From: Candidatus Moraniibacteriota bacterium
GTDB lineage: Bacteria > Patescibacteriota > Minisyncoccia > Moranbacterales > UBA9337
Reading direction: 5' to 3'
Length of the DNA stretch: 64,000 bases
NCBI GenBank assembly: GCA_028695135.1
Contig: JAQVJM010000001.1
Location: forward strand, 13,718-77,717
Shown: positions 48,216 through 60,180 of the stretch, in pieces
Layout of the letters: the number at the start of each line of letters is the position of its first letter
How positions within the stretch are numbered: position 1 is the stretch's first letter
The notes under the pieces: generated by a model
What the model saw: the letters and a program-made list of their open reading frames with translations, nothing else
Told to the model about the DNA's origin: nothing
Database searches by the model: none
Made by a program: the position numbers and the translations under genes

Positions 48216-48794
48216 ATGGCAATTCCCAAAAAAGTTATAAATTATTTGGAAAAAGAAGGATTTAATTACGAGGCCATATCTCATAAGACCGCTTATACCG
48301 CTTGGGACATATCTCAAACCAAGAGAATAAGTCCCAAGGAAATTGTCAAAGCGCTCGTTCTAAGGATCGACAGAGATTATGTTTTAGCCCTGCTTCCGGC
48401 TGACAGGAATTTGGATAGAAAAAAATTTTTAAAGACTGTAAATGCAGGAAGGAAAAAGATGGGAGGAAAGATTGCCAAAAGGATCGATTTTGCCAAAGAA
48501 GCGTGGATGAAAAAAAATGTATTTGGAAAGCCGGGAGCGGTTCCGCCGTTCGGAGGACTGCTCAATATGAAGATTTATGCCGATAATTCAATATTAAAAA
48601 ATAAAAAGTTATATCTGGGATCCGGTGATTATGAGACATCAATAAGCGTAAAATTGTCAGACTATGTCAAAAGAGAGGAGATTGAAAAAGGAAATTTCAG
48701 CATGGCTAAAAAAATAAAAAAATCTTTTGCAAAAAAGGATAGATCGAAAAAAACAAAAAAGAGGAGGTCGGGATGCGGCTGCTGCCGCGGTTGA
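48216..48794 (+). CDS. YbaK/ProX-type aminoacyl-tRNA editing deacylase-like protein with Lys-rich C-terminal tail
   Basis: ...EAISHKTAYTAWDISQTKRISPKEIVKALVLRIDRDYVLALLPADRNLD... resembles YbaK domain; start trimmed to 48216. Confidence 0.5.
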   Translation: MAIPKKVINYLEKEGFNYEAISHKTAYTAWDISQTKRISPKEIVKALVLRIDRDYVLALLPADRNLDRKKFLKTVNAGRKKMGGKIAKRIDFAKEAWMKKNVFGKPGAVPPFGGLLNMKIYADNSILKNKKLYLGSGDYETSISVKLSDYVKREEIEKGNFSMAKKIKKSFAKKDRSKKTKKRRSGCGCCRG

Positions 48795-48804
48795 TCGAAA
48801 TGAT

Positions 48805-48834
48805 AAAAACTGCCTTTTTCTAGGGCAGTTTTTT
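48805..48834. terminator. Bidirectional Rho-independent terminator between convergent genes
   Basis: aaaactgcc-tttttcta-ggcagtttt flanked by A-run and T-run. Confidence 0.75.
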
Positions 48835-48851
48835 ATTGCAGGGCGCTTTTT

Positions 48852-49295
48852 TTAATAGCTTTTTATCTCCTCGATCAGGATGGCCAAATGTTTTTCGGTT
48901 TCATCATTCATTTTTTTAAATACTTTTTCTATGGCAGTGTTAGAAGGGGAAAATATTTCGAAACATTTTTTTTCCAATATCGAACGTTCTATGCGGAGAG
49001 CCGAACGCAAAGCGTCATCGTGAGATATCCTTTTTTTCTCGGCGCGGTCTATCTCTTTTTGCACGAAATCCATTACATACCTTACAATTCCTCGCGAAAA
49101 CTTGTTTTCTTTTATCAAGGCGTTTCCGTCCGCGCCTATATTTTTATTTATATAGGCGGCATGGGCTATTTCTTCGTCAGCCAATTTTTTCCAAAAATCT
49201 TTTTTTTCGGGTATCTTTTCCGCGTATAAGGAATACAGCTTACTGATGTTGATTTCATTTTCTTTAAATAAGATTATTATCGGTTTTTCTTCCAT
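48852..49295 (-). CDS. Ferritin-like/rubrerythrin-like domain protein (hypothetical)
   Basis: 147 aa helical; EEIAHA and E...H pairs suggest a ferritin-like diiron fold; weak. Confidence 0.3.
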   Translation of the reverse strand: MEEKPIIILFKENEINISKLYSLYAEKIPEKKDFWKKLADEEIAHAAYINKNIGADGNALIKENKFSRGIVRYVMDFVQKEIDRAEKKRISHDDALRSALRIERSILEKKCFEIFSPSNTAIEKVFKKMNDETEKHLAILIEEIKSY

Positions 49296-49431
49296 AAAGT
49301 ATTTGATTGATGGAATTTCTCATAAATATGTTGCGAGATATCCCATCCTAATTATTATGATCATATTTTCCATGGCCGGATTAAGCATAATTTAATTCGG
49401 GTCAGGATCGGTTGCCTTTTCGCTTAAGGCA

Positions 49432-50025
49432 TTACCCGATTAAATTTTCCAATTTATTCGCCAAATCTTTTATTTTTTCAAGCTCTTCTTCTGAAAATTC
49501 TTGCAAAATGAATTTGTTTCCGGGGACTTGACGCGATTGCCTGCCTCCTTTTTTCTCCACGCCGATGCGGATCCTTTTGAATTCTTGGGTTCCGAGTCTA
49601 TCGATAATATTTTGTATGCCATTGTGTCCGGCGGATCCGGAATTTTCTGAAATTTTAAAATTTCCTACCTTTATATCCAAATCATCGTGGATGACGGTTA
49701 TATTTTTAGGAGGTATCTTATAAAAATCCATTATCTTTTTTATTGCTTCTCCCGATTTATTCATAAAAGACAAGGGTTTCATAAGAAGCGTTTTGCTGGC
49801 ATCTTCCCTTTGGAATAATTTTTTTAAAAATCCTCCACGGATATTCCCAATTTCAATCTTTTCCGCCATCTCGACGTTAAATTTTTTTTCAAATCTAAAA
49901 TCGGAAAAGTTAAGCCTTTTCTGCAATTCGTCCAGTATTATAAATCCGGCATTATGCCTGGTTCTTGAATATCTTTCACCCGGATTTCCAAGTCCTATTA
50001 TCAATCTGTGATTTTTATCGCTCAT
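49432..50025 (-). CDS. pth: Peptidyl-tRNA hydrolase
   Basis: LIIGLGNPGERYSRTRHNAGF...; 197 aa canonical Pth. Confidence 0.9.
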   Translation of the reverse strand: MSDKNHRLIIGLGNPGERYSRTRHNAGFIILDELQKRLNFSDFRFEKKFNVEMAEKIEIGNIRGGFLKKLFQREDASKTLLMKPLSFMNKSGEAIKKIMDFYKIPPKNITVIHDDLDIKVGNFKISENSGSAGHNGIQNIIDRLGTQEFKRIRIGVEKKGGRQSRQVPGNKFILQEFSEEELEKIKDLANKLENLIG

Positions 50026-50044
50026 ATATTATATTTTAAAGCAA

Positions 50045-51643
50045 TTATCGATTATTTGGAACTAATAATTCCTTATTGTCAAAATCATTCCGATCATCTT
50101 CCATTTCTTTCATGGAATTCTCTTCAAATGAGTAGGGGCCTATCAAGTCGGTTCCCAACAAAATAACCAAATCGAATCCCTCTGTTTCGTTTTCAGATAA
50201 TGAATATTTTTCATTTAATGTTGCTGGAAGTTTTTTGATCAATTCATCCAGAGTGAATGGGACTTGTCCATTTGTCATATCGATAATCTGTGTCGAGCTT
50301 ACCAATTTGGTCCTATCTCCCTGTAGGATGCCTATGTTTTTGATTTTCAATTTATCCTTGATAAGGCTGTTTATTTTTTCCAATAATTCCGGACTTCCGC
50401 TTTGGTTTATGATCGCAATATTGACTTCTTCCTTTTCAATCTCTTCCCTTCTTCTTTCCACTTCGTTGAGGTTAAAAATATTTTGGGCAAGTTCTTGGAT
50501 TTCGCTGTAATTTCCTACTCGAGGCACAAGGATGAAAGCGCGCATATTTTCATGATATATGTGCGAAACTTTTAGCAAGCTGTCCTTTTTCCATGCATCG
50601 ACGACCACATTATTGATATTTTGAGTATCCAGCTCTCTGGATAATTTCAGAAAACTTTCCATTTCCTCCAAGGAAATGTCGGTTTTTATATTTTCTCCCA
50701 GAGTATTGAGAATATCGTTTATCGCGAAAGGATTGAGGAGAACCTTTGTCGAAAATATCCTGTTTTTTATCGCCTGCATGACCTGCTGCTGTCTCTTGGC
50801 TCTTCCAAAATCCCCCTCGGGATCATTATGGCGTTCGCGGGCGTATTTAAGAGCCGTAGACCCGTCAAGCAGATGAGTTCCTTTTTCGAGAGCGAATAGC
50901 TCATAGCTGTAGTTGGGTCCCGGATAGTTGGGATCGTAAATATCTCTCTCATTATTTACGATTATCCCATCAATATCATCGATAAACTTTTCAAAGCCCG
51001 CGAAACTGGCTACGAAATAATAATTTATTTCAAGTCCGGTAATTTTTTCAACAGTTTTTTTAAGCGGATTTACACCTTTATTGTCGGCTAGTCCGTATTT
51101 GTAAATAGAGTTTATTTTTGCGTTGTATCCGGATTCGGGAATTTCCACGTAAAGATCTCTGGGAAGAGACAATAGGGCCGTTTTTTTATTTTTCGTATCA
51201 ATACTGGCTATCATTATCGTATCGGTCAAGCTTCCCCCGGCGCGTCCTTCTCCGGCGATTCCCAAAAGAAGAATGTTTATTCTTCCCTGATTTTCACCCC
51301 TAAGTTCAGCTCTGTCTTTCGCCGCCATTTTTGAAATGACGCTAAAAGCAGAAGGATTTTCTCCATTGCTTATTATTATTTTTGAACTTACTGAGCCTAT
51401 TTTCCAAAAAAAATATATCCCAGTGGCAGAAATTGACAAAAATAAAGCAGAAATTACAAAAACAAGTGTTTTTTTAAAAAAGGCGCCCTTTTTCTTTTCG
51501 GTTTTATCGGGGATAGGGTTGTTTTCAAATAACCGGGAGCCGTCAAAATCTTTCCGGATGTCCGGGTTTTTGCTGTAATTCGGACCATAACCATAAGCGG
51601 GAACGGTCTTTCTAATTTTGGGTCTTCTTATTATCCCGTCCAT
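50045..51643 (-). CDS. LytR-CpsA-Psr (LCP) family cell-envelope phosphotransferase
   Basis: N-terminal TM; ...INILLLGIAGEGRAGGSLTDTIMIASIDTKNKKTALLSLPRDLYV... LCP core. Confidence 0.75.
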   Translation of the reverse strand: MDGIIRRPKIRKTVPAYGYGPNYSKNPDIRKDFDGSRLFENNPIPDKTEKKKGAFFKKTLVFVISALFLSISATGIYFFWKIGSVSSKIIISNGENPSAFSVISKMAAKDRAELRGENQGRINILLLGIAGEGRAGGSLTDTIMIASIDTKNKKTALLSLPRDLYVEIPESGYNAKINSIYKYGLADNKGVNPLKKTVEKITGLEINYYFVASFAGFEKFIDDIDGIIVNNERDIYDPNYPGPNYSYELFALEKGTHLLDGSTALKYARERHNDPEGDFGRAKRQQQVMQAIKNRIFSTKVLLNPFAINDILNTLGENIKTDISLEEMESFLKLSRELDTQNINNVVVDAWKKDSLLKVSHIYHENMRAFILVPRVGNYSEIQELAQNIFNLNEVERRREEIEKEEVNIAIINQSGSPELLEKINSLIKDKLKIKNIGILQGDRTKLVSSTQIIDMTNGQVPFTLDELIKKLPATLNEKYSLSENETEGFDLVILLGTDLIGPYSFEENSMKEMEDDRNDFDNKELLVPNNR

Positions 51644-51794
51644 TTTATCAGATGCTTATTTCTTTATAATTTTACCATAAGGCTTGATTATAACAAAAGG
51701 ATCAATCTATTTTTGAGCGGATTTTTGGTAGATAGGGTGTATTTTAGCTCCAAATATGTTAAAATATAATTGAAAATTAAAAACAAAATTATCA

Positions 51795-52739
51795 ATGGAT
51801 TGGCTATATTTATCTTTAGCGGGCTATTTTTTGCTTGCAGTTTCATTTGTTCTCGATAAGCTATTGCTTAAAAAACGCATTCCCGAACCGTCGGTTTACG
51901 CTTTTTATGTTGCTGTTTTGAGTTTGTTCACAATCGTACTTTTTCCTTTTGGCGTAGAATGGATAGACTTCAAGTTTTTCTTTATTTCCATTTTTTCCGG
52001 AGCTATTTTTATCTGGGGATTGCTTTACTACTACAAAGCCGTTAAGGAAAATGAGATATCAAAAGTCGCTCCGTTAGTGGGGACAATCTCTCAGATCACG
52101 GCGATTTCTTTGTCAGTGTTTTTCTTGGGCAACGTTTTTTATAGGAGCGACTTTTTGGGAATCTTATTTTTGATAACGGGAGGATTTCTGGTCTCTTTTG
52201 ATATTCCTTTTAATTATGGAAAGATCTTTAAAGGCGTTAAGTATTCTTTGATAGGAGGGGTAATGATGGCGGTGGCTTTCGGATTTTTTGAATATCTTTA
52301 TAGCGATCTTAGGGAAAACGGGATTGAAAAAGTTTTTCTGAACGGTTTTTTGTGGACCAGAATGGGCCTGTTCGCAGGAGGGATAAGCCTTCTTGCAAAT
52401 AAAAGATATAGGACAAGCATAAAAAAATCATTGTTTAAAAAGAGCCGGAAATATAAAAAAAGAAGAAATATAAAAACCATTGCGATATTTATGCTCAATA
52501 AAATTTCCGGGGGGAGCTCTTCCATCCTCATAAATCTGGCAGTAGCTTACGGAGGGGTAGCCATGGTTTATGCCATAGGCAGCGCCCAGTTCGTATTCGT
52601 TCTGATTTTGGCGCTTTTTGCCTCCGTGAAATATCCTGACATTTTTGAGGAGAAGCTTTATTTCTGGGATTGGGCGCAAAAAGTAGGAGCAATAATAATG
52701 ATAGCCGTGGGAACTTTTTTGGTTTATAGCGTTTTTTAA
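51795..52739 (+). CDS. Hypothetical polytopic membrane protein (314 aa, ~9-10 TM)
   Basis: Hydrophobicity only. Confidence 0.35.
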   Translation: MDWLYLSLAGYFLLAVSFVLDKLLLKKRIPEPSVYAFYVAVLSLFTIVLFPFGVEWIDFKFFFISIFSGAIFIWGLLYYYKAVKENEISKVAPLVGTISQITAISLSVFFLGNVFYRSDFLGILFLITGGFLVSFDIPFNYGKIFKGVKYSLIGGVMMAVAFGFFEYLYSDLRENGIEKVFLNGFLWTRMGLFAGGISLLANKRYRTSIKKSLFKKSRKYKKRRNIKTIAIFMLNKISGGSSSILINLAVAYGGVAMVYAIGSAQFVFVLILALFASVKYPDIFEEKLYFWDWAQKVGAIIMIAVGTFLVYSVF

Positions 52740-52783
52740 TTTTTTTTATAAAAATTATCTTTGATATATTATAAATTAAAAAA

Positions 52784-53824
52784 ATGTTGAAAATTTTTTT
52801 AAAATCAATTGCGGTAGCCGTTTCAGCGATAACCGTTGCAACAATTATTTTTTTTATATATTTCAATCTCCCGACAGAAAACATTATTGAGAAGGCCGAT
52901 ATCGGAGTCACATTTTCGTTGAGGTATTCTCAGGATATAGGATTGGATTGGAAAGAAAATTATCTGGCGATGCTTGATGATTTGAAGATCAAAAAAATAA
53001 GAATTCCCGTTTATTGGGATCTCGTAGAAAAAGAGAAAGACCAATATGATTTTTCCGATATTGACTGGCAGTTGGAAGAAGCGCAAAAGAGAGGGGCGGA
53101 AATAATTTTAGTTGTAGGGCAGAAAGTTCCCAGATGGCCGGAATGCCACATTCCCAGATGGATAGGGGAAAATTCAAGCGAGGTCAGAGAAAATGAGAAG
53201 CTCAAAGATGAAGAAATATTGGAATTTGTAGGAGATGTCGTTAAGAGGTACAAAAATCATGAAGCAATCAAATATTGGCAGGTGGAGAATGAGCCTTTCT
53301 TGGCATTCGGAGATTGCTCCAGGCCGACAATCGGGGCAGAAATGCTGGACAAAGAGATTGCCGTGGTCAAGTCGACTGATTCAAGCAGGCAGGTAATCGT
53401 GACTGATAGCGGAGAATTAAGCACTTGGATTCCGGCAGCCAAAAGAGCCGACGTTTTTGGTACTACGATGTATCGCAATGTTTATAAGGAAGGATGGGGA
53501 TATTATGTCTATCCGATCGGTCCCAGATTTTTCCTCACAAAGAGATGGTTCATAGAAAAATTTGCCGGTCAGGAAGATGCGATAGTCATAGAGCTTCAAG
53601 GAGAACCGTGGGTGGCGGGCTGGACTACCAATCAGCCCCTGGAAGAGCAGTTTAAATCAATGAATGCCGAAAAGCTTTCCGAAAATATTTTATACGCGCA
53701 AAAGTCCGGTTTTGATACCATCTATATTTGGGGAGTGGAGTGGTGGTATTGGCTTAAGACGGAGAAAGATCTTCCTGAAATATGGAATATGATGAAAGGA
53801 ATTATAAATAAAAATCAAAAATGA
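52784..53824 (+). CDS. Putative TIM-barrel glycoside hydrolase (GH5/GH42-like), membrane-anchored
   Basis: N-terminal TM; ...KIRIPVYWDLVEKEKDQYDF...; NEP-type catalytic acid (VENEPFLAF); second E (IELQGEPW). Confidence 0.4.
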   Translation: MLKIFLKSIAVAVSAITVATIIFFIYFNLPTENIIEKADIGVTFSLRYSQDIGLDWKENYLAMLDDLKIKKIRIPVYWDLVEKEKDQYDFSDIDWQLEEAQKRGAEIILVVGQKVPRWPECHIPRWIGENSSEVRENEKLKDEEILEFVGDVVKRYKNHEAIKYWQVENEPFLAFGDCSRPTIGAEMLDKEIAVVKSTDSSRQVIVTDSGELSTWIPAAKRADVFGTTMYRNVYKEGWGYYVYPIGPRFFLTKRWFIEKFAGQEDAIVIELQGEPWVAGWTTNQPLEEQFKSMNAEKLSENILYAQKSGFDTIYIWGVEWWYWLKTEKDLPEIWNMMKGIINKNQK

Positions 53825-54960
53825 AATCCGAGAAAAACAAAAAATTATTCAGTGCCGTTCTGGTGATAATTTCTTTCGCGCTGGCCTTTTGCGGGCTTGC
53901 TTACGTTTTTGGTAATTATGCCGGAGCGTTCCAGACAAAAATATGGCTGGAAAAAAATGGGGAGGTTGATTTTGACGAGACGGTTATCATGAGATTTTCC
54001 GACAGCATGATGACTAATAATTTTCAAGAATTCATAGAAATTATCCCGGCGCAAAGAGCTGATTACAGATGGGAAGATTCCAATAAAACTTTGAAGATAA
54101 CTCCGCAAAAAAATTGGGAGTTGGGAAAAAGATATACGGTAAAAATTAATGGCCTGAAGAACATATTTTTTGTAAGCAATAATAAGGAATTTTCCTTCAG
54201 TACTGTCAGTTATCCTGAAATAAAGGATTTTTATCCGGAAAACGGCGCCAAAGAAATAATAATAGACATTGAAAGTCCGGGAAAAATATATTTTGATAAA
54301 ACTCTAAAGGATTTTAATTTAAAGATAAAAGTTTTTCCGGAAAAAAAGCTGGCCTACAATATCAATGAAGCAAAAAACTCGATCTTCTTTACTTTTAGGG
54401 ATGGATATGAGAGAGGCCAGGAATATAAAATAGATATTTTCATAAAGCACAAGAAAGAAGATAAAAATGATTATAGGGACATATATTCCTCGTCTTTTCA
54501 AACGGAATCGCCCCCTCCGGAGGAGTGGGGAGATGATTTTGCCTCAAGGATAGAAAAAGCCAAGAAATTCACCAAGGCTAGGATGGAGCAGGGGAAATAT
54601 ATAGACATAAATTTAAACATACAGGTCTTGACCATATTTGAAAATGGAAGCATATTGGATTCTTTTCTCATTTCTTCCGGGAAAAGAGGAATGGAAACCC
54701 CTAAGGGGGAATTTAAGATAAGCAACAAACATCCTCGTCCCTGGTCTAGACAATACGGTCTTTTTATGCCATACTGGATGGCGATAGTTCCTTCTGGTAA
54801 ATTTGGAATTCACGAACTTCCGGAATGGCCGGGAGGCTATAAGGAAGGCCAGAATCATTTAGGCATTCCGGTTTCTCACGGATGCGTAAGATTAGGAGTG
54901 GGCGCAGCCAAAAAAGTCTATGATTGGGCGGAAATAGGAACACCTGTTGTAATTTATTGA
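53821..54960 (+). CDS. L,D-transpeptidase (YkuD family) with N-terminal TM and Ig-like domains
   Basis: C-terminal ...FGIHELPEW...PVSHGCVRLGV... catalytic His/Cys motif. Confidence 0.75.
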   Translation: MKSEKNKKLFSAVLVIISFALAFCGLAYVFGNYAGAFQTKIWLEKNGEVDFDETVIMRFSDSMMTNNFQEFIEIIPAQRADYRWEDSNKTLKITPQKNWELGKRYTVKINGLKNIFFVSNNKEFSFSTVSYPEIKDFYPENGAKEIIIDIESPGKIYFDKTLKDFNLKIKVFPEKKLAYNINEAKNSIFFTFRDGYERGQEYKIDIFIKHKKEDKNDYRDIYSSSFQTESPPPEEWGDDFASRIEKAKKFTKARMEQGKYIDINLNIQVLTIFENGSILDSFLISSGKRGMETPKGEFKISNKHPRPWSRQYGLFMPYWMAIVPSGKFGIHELPEWPGGYKEGQNHLGIPVSHGCVRLGVGAAKKVYDWAEIGTPVVIY

Positions 54961-55131
54961 GATAACAAGTGGCTAGACGACGAGGCTCTTAACAGTAAGA
55001 ACAGCCATAGGTTCATGGGTGATAAATTTTCATTCTTAGGACTAAAGACCGGCAATCATTTTTACAGCCGATGGCTTATGTTGCCAAGAACTATTCGTAT
55101 AAATCCAGCTGTAGCTTAATTTTTAAAATTA

Positions 55132-55941
55132 ATGAAAAATAGAATAATCATCTTTATCATAATAGCAGTGTCAATTGGGGCTGCTTTTTTGTTATTTCCG
55201 AAAAAGGAAACCAAAGACGACGCGGATATCTTGTCGGAAGAGAAAAACAATAATGTCTTGGTTAAAGACGGCAAAGATATCAGAAGAGACGGAATAAATG
55301 ATAATGAGAAAAAGAAACCTATCTCGGCGGAAAAAGAGGATAACTTTCAAAGGAGTGCCGTTTTGCCGGATAAAATAAAAATAGAAGTTCCTTTTACTTC
55401 GCAAGCACCATATGGAGTCTGGGACGAGAGGCATGACGATGCTTGTGAAGAAGCTTCTTTGTTGATGGTAGTCAAATACTTGGACAACGATAAATTGACT
55501 CCGGAAATTGCGGAAAAAGAGCTCCAGTCAGTCATTGATTATCAGATAGAAAAATATGGTGATTATAAGGACAGCGATATGGAGGAACTGGTTCAAATAG
55601 CTGAAGGTTTTTATTCCGTAAGCAATTTGGAAGTTATTTATGATTTTAAAAAAGAGAGAATAAAAGAGGAGCTGGCAAAGGGAAATCCAATCATTGTTCC
55701 AACAGCAGGAAGACTTCTTGGAAATCCATACTATACTCCTCCGGGACCGCTTTATCACAACTTAGTTTTAGTAGGATATGAAGGAGATAATGTTATAACT
55801 AATGATCCCGGAACCAAAAGAGGCGAGGGATACATCTATGATATAGACGTTTTATATAACGCGATTCACGACTTTCCTGGCAAAAAAGAGGATATAGAGG
55901 ATGGGAGAAAAGCTATGATAATCATAGAGCATGGAGCATAA
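55132..55941 (+). CDS. Peptidase C39-like domain protein (BtrH-like), N-terminal TM
   Basis: ...FTSQAPYGVWDERHDDACEEASLLMV... catalytic Gln/Cys; ...HNLVLVGYEGD... catalytic His. Confidence 0.5.
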   Translation: MKNRIIIFIIIAVSIGAAFLLFPKKETKDDADILSEEKNNNVLVKDGKDIRRDGINDNEKKKPISAEKEDNFQRSAVLPDKIKIEVPFTSQAPYGVWDERHDDACEEASLLMVVKYLDNDKLTPEIAEKELQSVIDYQIEKYGDYKDSDMEELVQIAEGFYSVSNLEVIYDFKKERIKEELAKGNPIIVPTAGRLLGNPYYTPPGPLYHNLVLVGYEGDNVITNDPGTKRGEGYIYDIDVLYNAIHDFPGKKEDIEDGRKAMIIIEHGA

Positions 55942-56045
55942 AAATGTTGGTAAATAGTTTAAGAGTGTATTATAATAAAAAGTGTCCGTAGTCTTTGTTT
56001 GAATTTTTTATAAAACAAAAATTAAAAGAAAGGGGGTGTTGGGTT

Positions 56046-56258
56046 ATGATAACAAAATGCGGAGATTGTAGAAAAGGAGCTGGTTTTTTGATGGTTCTTT
56101 CCATAATTGCCCTAGCTCTATCAGCTTTAGTTTCTCTGTTTCAGATGGATCTCTGGTTGGCTGGAACCCAGTGGATTCTTATCGCCATACTCTTAGCCTT
56201 ATATTCGCTTATATTTTCTGTCGGATGTTTCGGGGGCAAAAATGAATCCGAAAAATAA
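56046..56258 (+). CDS. Small membrane protein (70 aa) with N-terminal CGDC motif
   Basis: Strong RBS (aaagggggtg) 5 nt upstream of the ATG at 56046; two TM helices; followed by a terminator (~56311-56345). Confidence 0.4.
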   Translation: MITKCGDCRKGAGFLMVLSIIALALSALVSLFQMDLWLAGTQWILIAILLALYSLIFSVGCFGGKNESEK

Positions 56259-56479
56259 CAAAATTTTAGAATCCGGTTTTGTATAAGTTAAATCGTTTTT
56301 AAATCACCATAAAACAGCTTTTGAAAATGGCTGTTTTTATGTTTTCTGGAGCGGCCTGAAAGTCTTCCAAAATTATTAATAGTATGCTATTATTATATAG
56401 TAATATATTAGCGTGAAAAACCCCAAAAGCCTTGTAGAACAAAGCTAAACAGGTTTTTCGGGAATAAATATTTCATTAA

Positions 56480-58522
<2,043 letters not shown>

Positions 58523-58556
58523 TCTTATTCAGTTTTCTTAAAGCGTAAATTTTAGG

Positions 58557-58593
58557 CAGGCCCTAGCGATATTCGGGGCCTGTTTTATTTTTT
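58557..58593 (+). terminator. Rho-independent terminator after gyrB
   Basis: caggccc-tagcgatattc-ggggcctg followed by ttttatttttt. Confidence 0.75.
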
Positions 58594-58643
58594 CCAAGAA
58601 AGTATCTGGATTAAAGACAGCGCCTCATATCTTTTGCCATATA

Positions 58644-58672
58644 TTGACAAACTGTTTTAAATTTGCTACAAT
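58644..58672 (+). promoter_or_regulatory. Consensus-like sigma70 promoter TTGACA-17-TACAAT with no downstream ORF
   Basis: ttgaca aactgttttaaatttgc tacaat; the nearest ORF on either strand starts >350 bp downstream (59026). Confidence 0.6.
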
Positions 58673-58678
58673 AGCTCG

Positions 58679-58840
58679 TCATAAATAAAAACCTCGTTCT
58701 GTAGCAGTTTTTAAAATTTTGCTTGCAGTTTGAAATCAGGCAATCCTCCTTAAATTCCTGAGAGTAAATTAAGCGTATCTAAACTTTATTATTAAAGAGA
58801 AGATGCCACTGCGGGCAAAATTTTGAAAACTGCTTTTTTA
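58679..58840 (+). ncRNA. Candidate ~160-nt small RNA or structured 5' leader (unclassified)
   Basis: ORF-free; 19-nt segment 58704-58722 (gcagtttttaaaattttgc) is the reverse complement (18/19) of 58815-58833, immediately followed by TTTTTT (58834-58839); internal hairpin tcagg...CCUCC...cctga. Confidence 0.4.
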
Positions 58841-59025
58841 GTCTGTAATAATTGAGAATTTTATCCGCCCGAATCGCTACATAAAACGTTGCGGACGGAC
58901 GAAACTGCGAATCGGTTTATAATTTATACTGACCGAATCTATGAAATAAAATGAAAATATGGTAGTATTTTATCAAGTAATAGAGTAGCAGTCAGTAATT
59001 TTGTAAGAATTATTCGTAAAAATAT

Positions 59026-60084
59026 ATGCAAATAAAGAATCTTAATATCTATTTTTTTATGCTAGTCCTCATCGGTATAACTATCCTGGTTTTTTTATTG
59101 TTTAAACCTTTCTTATCGGCGATTTTTACAGCAGCTATTCTGGCGGCGACTTTCCGTTCCCCTTATAAACTTCTGCTGAAAAATATAAAAAATAAAATGG
59201 CCAGTTCTCTCTTGACTTGTTTTTTAGTTCTTTTTGTCATCGTAATCCCTATGCTTATAGTTTTGGGATTAGTGGTTAACGAATTGGGAGGGGCTTATCA
59301 AAAATTTGTTACAAATAATGAATTTTACCACGACAGGATTTCAGAAATTATTCACTTGGTCAAGAGCTCGCCCCTGGTTCAATCTTTCAGCATGGAAAGA
59401 TTTCTTGAACAAGAGCAGATAGGAGAATCTCTAAAGACTATCAGCGGCAATATCCTGATGATTTTTCAAAAAACTTATCAGAATGTAATTGCTTCAGTTT
59501 TGTGGATATTTGTTATGTTTTTTGCCCTGTATTATTTTCTGATAGATGGAAAAAAATTTATAGACAAGATAATGTATCTGAGTCCCCTCAAAGATAAATA
59601 TGAAGGAGAACTTTCTTTTAAATTCACTTCTATGACTAGAGCTACTCTGAAGGGAACCATCATAGTCGGCTTGGTCCAGGGAATTTTAGGAGGATTGATG
59701 TTTTGGATCGCGGGGATCCCTTCTTATGTTATTTGGGGAGTAATTATGACAATTTTGTCCATAATTCCAGCTGTCGGCGCCGGATTGGTTTGGGGACCGG
59801 CGGGGATAATACTTCTTTTTATAGGAAATATCTGGCAGGGCGTTTTTGTCTTGTCTTTCGGAATACTGGTGATTTCTTTTATCGACAACATATTGAGACC
59901 CAAGCTTGTCGGAAATGACACGGAGATGCATCCGCTTTTGGTATTTTTTGCCACTTTGGGAGGATTGATAACTTTCGGAATAATAGGTTTCGTTATCGGT
60001 CCAGTTATAATGGCACTTTTTTTGTCTCTCTGGGACATTTATGGGAAAGAATTTAAGAGTCAACTGAATAAATTTAACGCGTAA
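59026..60084 (+). CDS. AI-2E family transporter (PerM/UPF0118)
   Basis: 352 aa, 8 TM, ...IWGVIMTILSIIPAVGAGLVWGPAGIILLF... typical of the AI-2E family. Confidence 0.7.
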   Translation: MQIKNLNIYFFMLVLIGITILVFLLFKPFLSAIFTAAILAATFRSPYKLLLKNIKNKMASSLLTCFLVLFVIVIPMLIVLGLVVNELGGAYQKFVTNNEFYHDRISEIIHLVKSSPLVQSFSMERFLEQEQIGESLKTISGNILMIFQKTYQNVIASVLWIFVMFFALYYFLIDGKKFIDKIMYLSPLKDKYEGELSFKFTSMTRATLKGTIIVGLVQGILGGLMFWIAGIPSYVIWGVIMTILSIIPAVGAGLVWGPAGIILLFIGNIWQGVFVLSFGILVISFIDNILRPKLVGNDTEMHPLLVFFATLGGLITFGIIGFVIGPVIMALFLSLWDIYGKEFKSQLNKFNA

Positions 60085-60180
60085 AACCATTAAGCATGGA
60101 GCATAAAACACATAACATATAGCATAAAATAAATAACACATAACATTGCTATAAACCTTACTCTTCGTGATCGTTGCCTT

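Noticed and set aside
58841-59025. Second ncRNA downstream of the candidate sRNA (ccgaatcgc / gcgaatcgg repeats)
   Set aside because: It has only short direct repeats of cgaatcg and no terminator or promoter of its own. It is probably the promoter/5'UTR region of the AI-2E transporter gene.
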